In this document: piece after piece, positions 61,868 to 64,000 of the stretch
Position numbering within the stretch: position 1 is the first letter of the stretch
How the letters are laid out: every line of letters starts with the position of its first letter
Origin: Lachnospiraceae bacterium
GTDB lineage: Bacteria; Bacillota; Clostridia; Lachnospirales; Lachnospiraceae
Length of the DNA stretch: 64,000 nt
Direction: 5' to 3'
Assembly: GCA_017936785.1 (NCBI GenBank)
Contig: JAGBEV010000036.1
Span: forward strand, 18,408-82,407
Position numbers and translations under genes: made by a program
The notes under the pieces: model-generated
What the model was told of the DNA's origin: nothing
The model's input: only the letters and a program-made list of their open reading frames with translations
The model's database searches: none

Positions 61868-62101
61868 TCAGCCGTTCATCATGAAGTTTAATAATTTGTT
61901 AATGTCTTCGGGCTCATATGCTAACAGCTCCAGTTCGGAAATTGTTCCATCGGAAAAAATGTTCGCCATGGAAACATACTGGGACAGTTTGGATTTCAGA
62001 TTTAAACGGTCTCCTTCACCTGTTACCAGCTCTACTTTTCCTTTGCAGCTGTCAACTACTTCAAAAAATTTTTCAATGTCTGTAATATTCTGTACTTTCA
62101 T
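61868..62101 (-). CDS. Small HPr-like protein
   Basis: 77 aa with AAGGAG RBS and a candidate promoter (TTGCTT-16-TATAAT, 62164..62137); RLNLKS segment resembles the HPr Ser46 loop. Confidence 0.7.
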   Translation of the reverse strand: MKVQNITDIEKFFEVVDSCKGKVELVTGEGDRLNLKSKLSQYVSMANIFSDGTISELELLAYEPEDINKLLNFMMNG

Positions 62102-62170
62102 TTTTTAATCTCCTTTTCATTCAATATACATTTTGTATTATATAGCAAACAGACAAAAAAGCAAACATTT

Positions 62171-63025
62171 TTAAACTAAATGGATTTCTTTCTCTGCGAT
62201 CCGGATCTGTTTCTGCTTGTATAAATGCCCAATGGCACGCTTAAATTCATTCTTGCTCATGCCCAATGTTTCCCTGATTTCCTCCGGTGAGGATTTGTCA
62301 CCCAAAGGCAGGGACCCGCCTCTTTCTTTTAGCAGGGAGAGAATCTTTTCCCCATCCGGGTCCAGCTGCATATAAGCTTTCTGCCGCAGACTCAGGTCCA
62401 GCTTGCCATCTTCCTTTACTGCGGTTACTCTGGCAGTGATCTCATCTCCCGGTTCAATGTTATTCCATGGTTCTTTTGCCGGGATCATGGCCTGATATCT
62501 GTCATCTACTGCCACATAAGCCCCAAACCCCCGGGCGAGCTCATAGACCGTGCCTGTTACCATATCATCCTTTGCATAATCCGATCCAGTCTTCAGATAA
62601 GGATACAGCTTCATGGTAGCTGCCAGTCTGTTGCTCTTATCGATATAAAGGGCAGCTAATATTTCTTCTCCTGCCTTTATTCTCTTGGTCTGCTCCTTAA
62701 AAGGAAGAAACAGGTCTTTTTCCAGTCCCCAGGAAAGGAAGGCTCCGATTTTTGTCACCTGTGCCACCTTTAGTCTGGCAACTTCTCCCAGGGTAACCAA
62801 AGGTTCATTTACCGTTGCGATCAGCCGGTCCCTGGAATCCCTGTAGAGAAAAACCTCCAGGGAATCTCCCACGTCAAATTCCTCCGGAACCTGCTTTGCC
62901 GGCAAAAGCACCTTTTCCATATCCTTTTCAGTTTCCCCTCTGGCAGGCATGTGTTCTGCCAGATAAACGCCGAAATCCACTTTTTTTATAATACTTAAAC
63001 GTTGTTTCTTACCTAATTCCAACAT
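62171..63025 (-). CDS. cvfB: CvfB family S1 RNA-binding protein
   Basis: FGVYL, VFLYRDS..RLIAT, GAFLSWGLEKDL, DKSSPEEI...SKNEFKRAIGHLYK. Confidence 0.9.
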   Translation of the reverse strand: MLELGKKQRLSIIKKVDFGVYLAEHMPARGETEKDMEKVLLPAKQVPEEFDVGDSLEVFLYRDSRDRLIATVNEPLVTLGEVARLKVAQVTKIGAFLSWGLEKDLFLPFKEQTKRIKAGEEILAALYIDKSNRLAATMKLYPYLKTGSDYAKDDMVTGTVYELARGFGAYVAVDDRYQAMIPAKEPWNNIEPGDEITARVTAVKEDGKLDLSLRQKAYMQLDPDGEKILSLLKERGGSLPLGDKSSPEEIRETLGMSKNEFKRAIGHLYKQKQIRIAEKEIHLV

Positions 63026-63043
63026 ATTATCTCTCTATACTCC

Positions 63044-63751
63044 TTACATACGGGAAAATTCCACATTACAATATACAGCGCCCTCTGCATTTTGCAGGCT
63101 GACACCTGTCTTTTCGGGGCTTTCAAATAAAAGGGGATAGATTTCCGCATCCAGCACCGCCTGCATCTTATATTCCGCACGGAGCTGGCCAATGGGAAAG
63201 TCCACGGGCAGATAATCCATGGCAATCCTCACATACTGTCCGTTGTTCACATGGAGGTTTGTATCCAGATGATGTGCCATGACAATTACTTTAGGCTGTG
63301 GTACTCCCTGTCCGTCGAAGCGGATTCTCCGGTCCGCATATTCCATTTCCCTTTTGGGAGACAGCACATATTTTTCTATCATTTCAGGCGCAGGCTTTGT
63401 GGGCTTTCCATTGTTTACATGGATCAGACTCCAAATAGAATTTGCCGCTGCGATCTCGTTCCCGTTCTCATCCAGCATCCAGAAATTACGGTAACCGATA
63501 AAGCCCTTAAAATCATAGGGTGCTGTTCCTATGGTAACATTTTCACAAAGCCCGGGATAACGTCTGATAAGGATCTGCCAGGACGAAAGTGCCCATATCA
63601 TCTCTTTTTCCTTTAAATAGTCCACACCCAGTCCCAATTCTTCAGAATGGAAAGTGGAACAATCCTGAAAATAATTTAACAATGCCGGCAGGCTCAGTCT
63701 GCCGCTGCTGTCCAGTTCACTATAACGGATCTTACTTTGAAATTGATACAT
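63044..63751 (-). CDS. Acyl-ACP thioesterase
   Basis: IRYSELD, YFQDCSTFHS, HLDTNLHVNN..Y; true start MYQFQ has a GGAGG RBS, while the ORF-track extension runs through the tRNA. Confidence 0.9.
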   Translation of the reverse strand: MYQFQSKIRYSELDSSGRLSLPALLNYFQDCSTFHSEELGLGVDYLKEKEMIWALSSWQILIRRYPGLCENVTIGTAPYDFKGFIGYRNFWMLDENGNEIAAANSIWSLIHVNNGKPTKPAPEMIEKYVLSPKREMEYADRRIRFDGQGVPQPKVIVMAHHLDTNLHVNNGQYVRIAMDYLPVDFPIGQLRAEYKMQAVLDAEIYPLLFESPEKTGVSLQNAEGAVYCNVEFSRM

Positions 63752-63765
63752 GATTATCCTCCATA

Positions 63766-63799
63766 TAAAAAAACCTGATGAAAAGCTCTCATCAGGTTT
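63766..63799 (-). terminator. Intrinsic terminator after tRNA-Gln
   Basis: AAACCTGATGA / TCATCAGGTTT inverted repeat followed by a T run on the minus strand. Confidence 0.75.
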
Positions 63800-63801
63800 A
63801 G

Positions 63802-63873
63802 CTGGGCTACAAGGATTCGAACCTTGAAATGACGGAGTCAGAGTCCGTTGCCTTACCGTTTGGCGATAGCCCA
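63802..63873 (-). tRNA. tRNA-Gln(CTG); CCA not encoded
   Basis: TGGGCTATCGCCAAACGGTAAGGCAACGGACTCTGACTCCGTCATTTCAAGGTTCGAATCCTTGTAGCCCAG folds into a cloverleaf with anticodon CTG and a GTTCGAATC T-loop. Confidence 0.96.
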
Positions 63874-63885
63874 TCAACATTGCTT

Positions 63886-63914
63886 AGTATACACAAAATA
63901 AAATAAAAATGCAA
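63886..63914 (-). promoter_or_regulatory. sigma-A promoter of tRNA-Gln
   Basis: TTGCAT-17-TATACT ending 12 nt before the tRNA 5' end. Confidence 0.7.
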
Positions 63915-64000
63915 GTCCCATTTTTATTTTTTTGTATTAAATTTCATACAATAACTTTTGCTGTAGTAAACAAGAGCATTTTCCTCTTTTTCATGAAACA

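Noticed and set aside
63802-63873. tRNA as an island integration site
   Set aside because: No integrase and no duplicated tRNA 3' end noticed; flanking genes are core.
63752-63880. N-terminal extension of the thioesterase ORF
   Set aside because: It runs through the tRNA-Gln and its terminator; the RBS supports a start at 63751.

Overview
Chromosomal window from a motile, low-GC Clostridia bacterium; gene content and order suggest Lachnospiraceae. Left ~35 kb (1-35,001): a large, mosaic cell-surface glycan locus that continues past the left edge. It has nucleotide-sugar enzymes (gmd, fdtA/fdtB-like, UDP-GlcA decarboxylase, rfbD, a PtmF/PtmA-like pair), a Wzx-type flippase, several soluble glycosyltransferases (including sialyltransferase-like and FUT8/NodZ-like ones), two probable polyprenyl-phosphate sugar synthases, three acyltransferase-3 proteins, a membrane-anchored SGNH protein and about six polytopic GT-C-like proteins, one fused to a GT2 domain. 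Right ~29 kb: core genes, all on the minus strand (leuA, ptsH, glmM-cdaR-cdaA, yvyF-comF-recD2, flgJ-flgG-flgF-mbl, uvrA-uvrB with a LexA box, GT14, ctpA, M23 peptidase, ftsXE, PucR-type regulator, TagA-like, CPBP protease, HPr-like protein, cvfB, acyl-ACP thioesterase, tRNA-Gln). I saw no mobile element, CRISPR array or prophage. The best candidate for an undescribed system is the multi-GT-C extracytoplasmic glycan-decoration machinery. All family assignments come from motifs recognised by eye, not from database searches.
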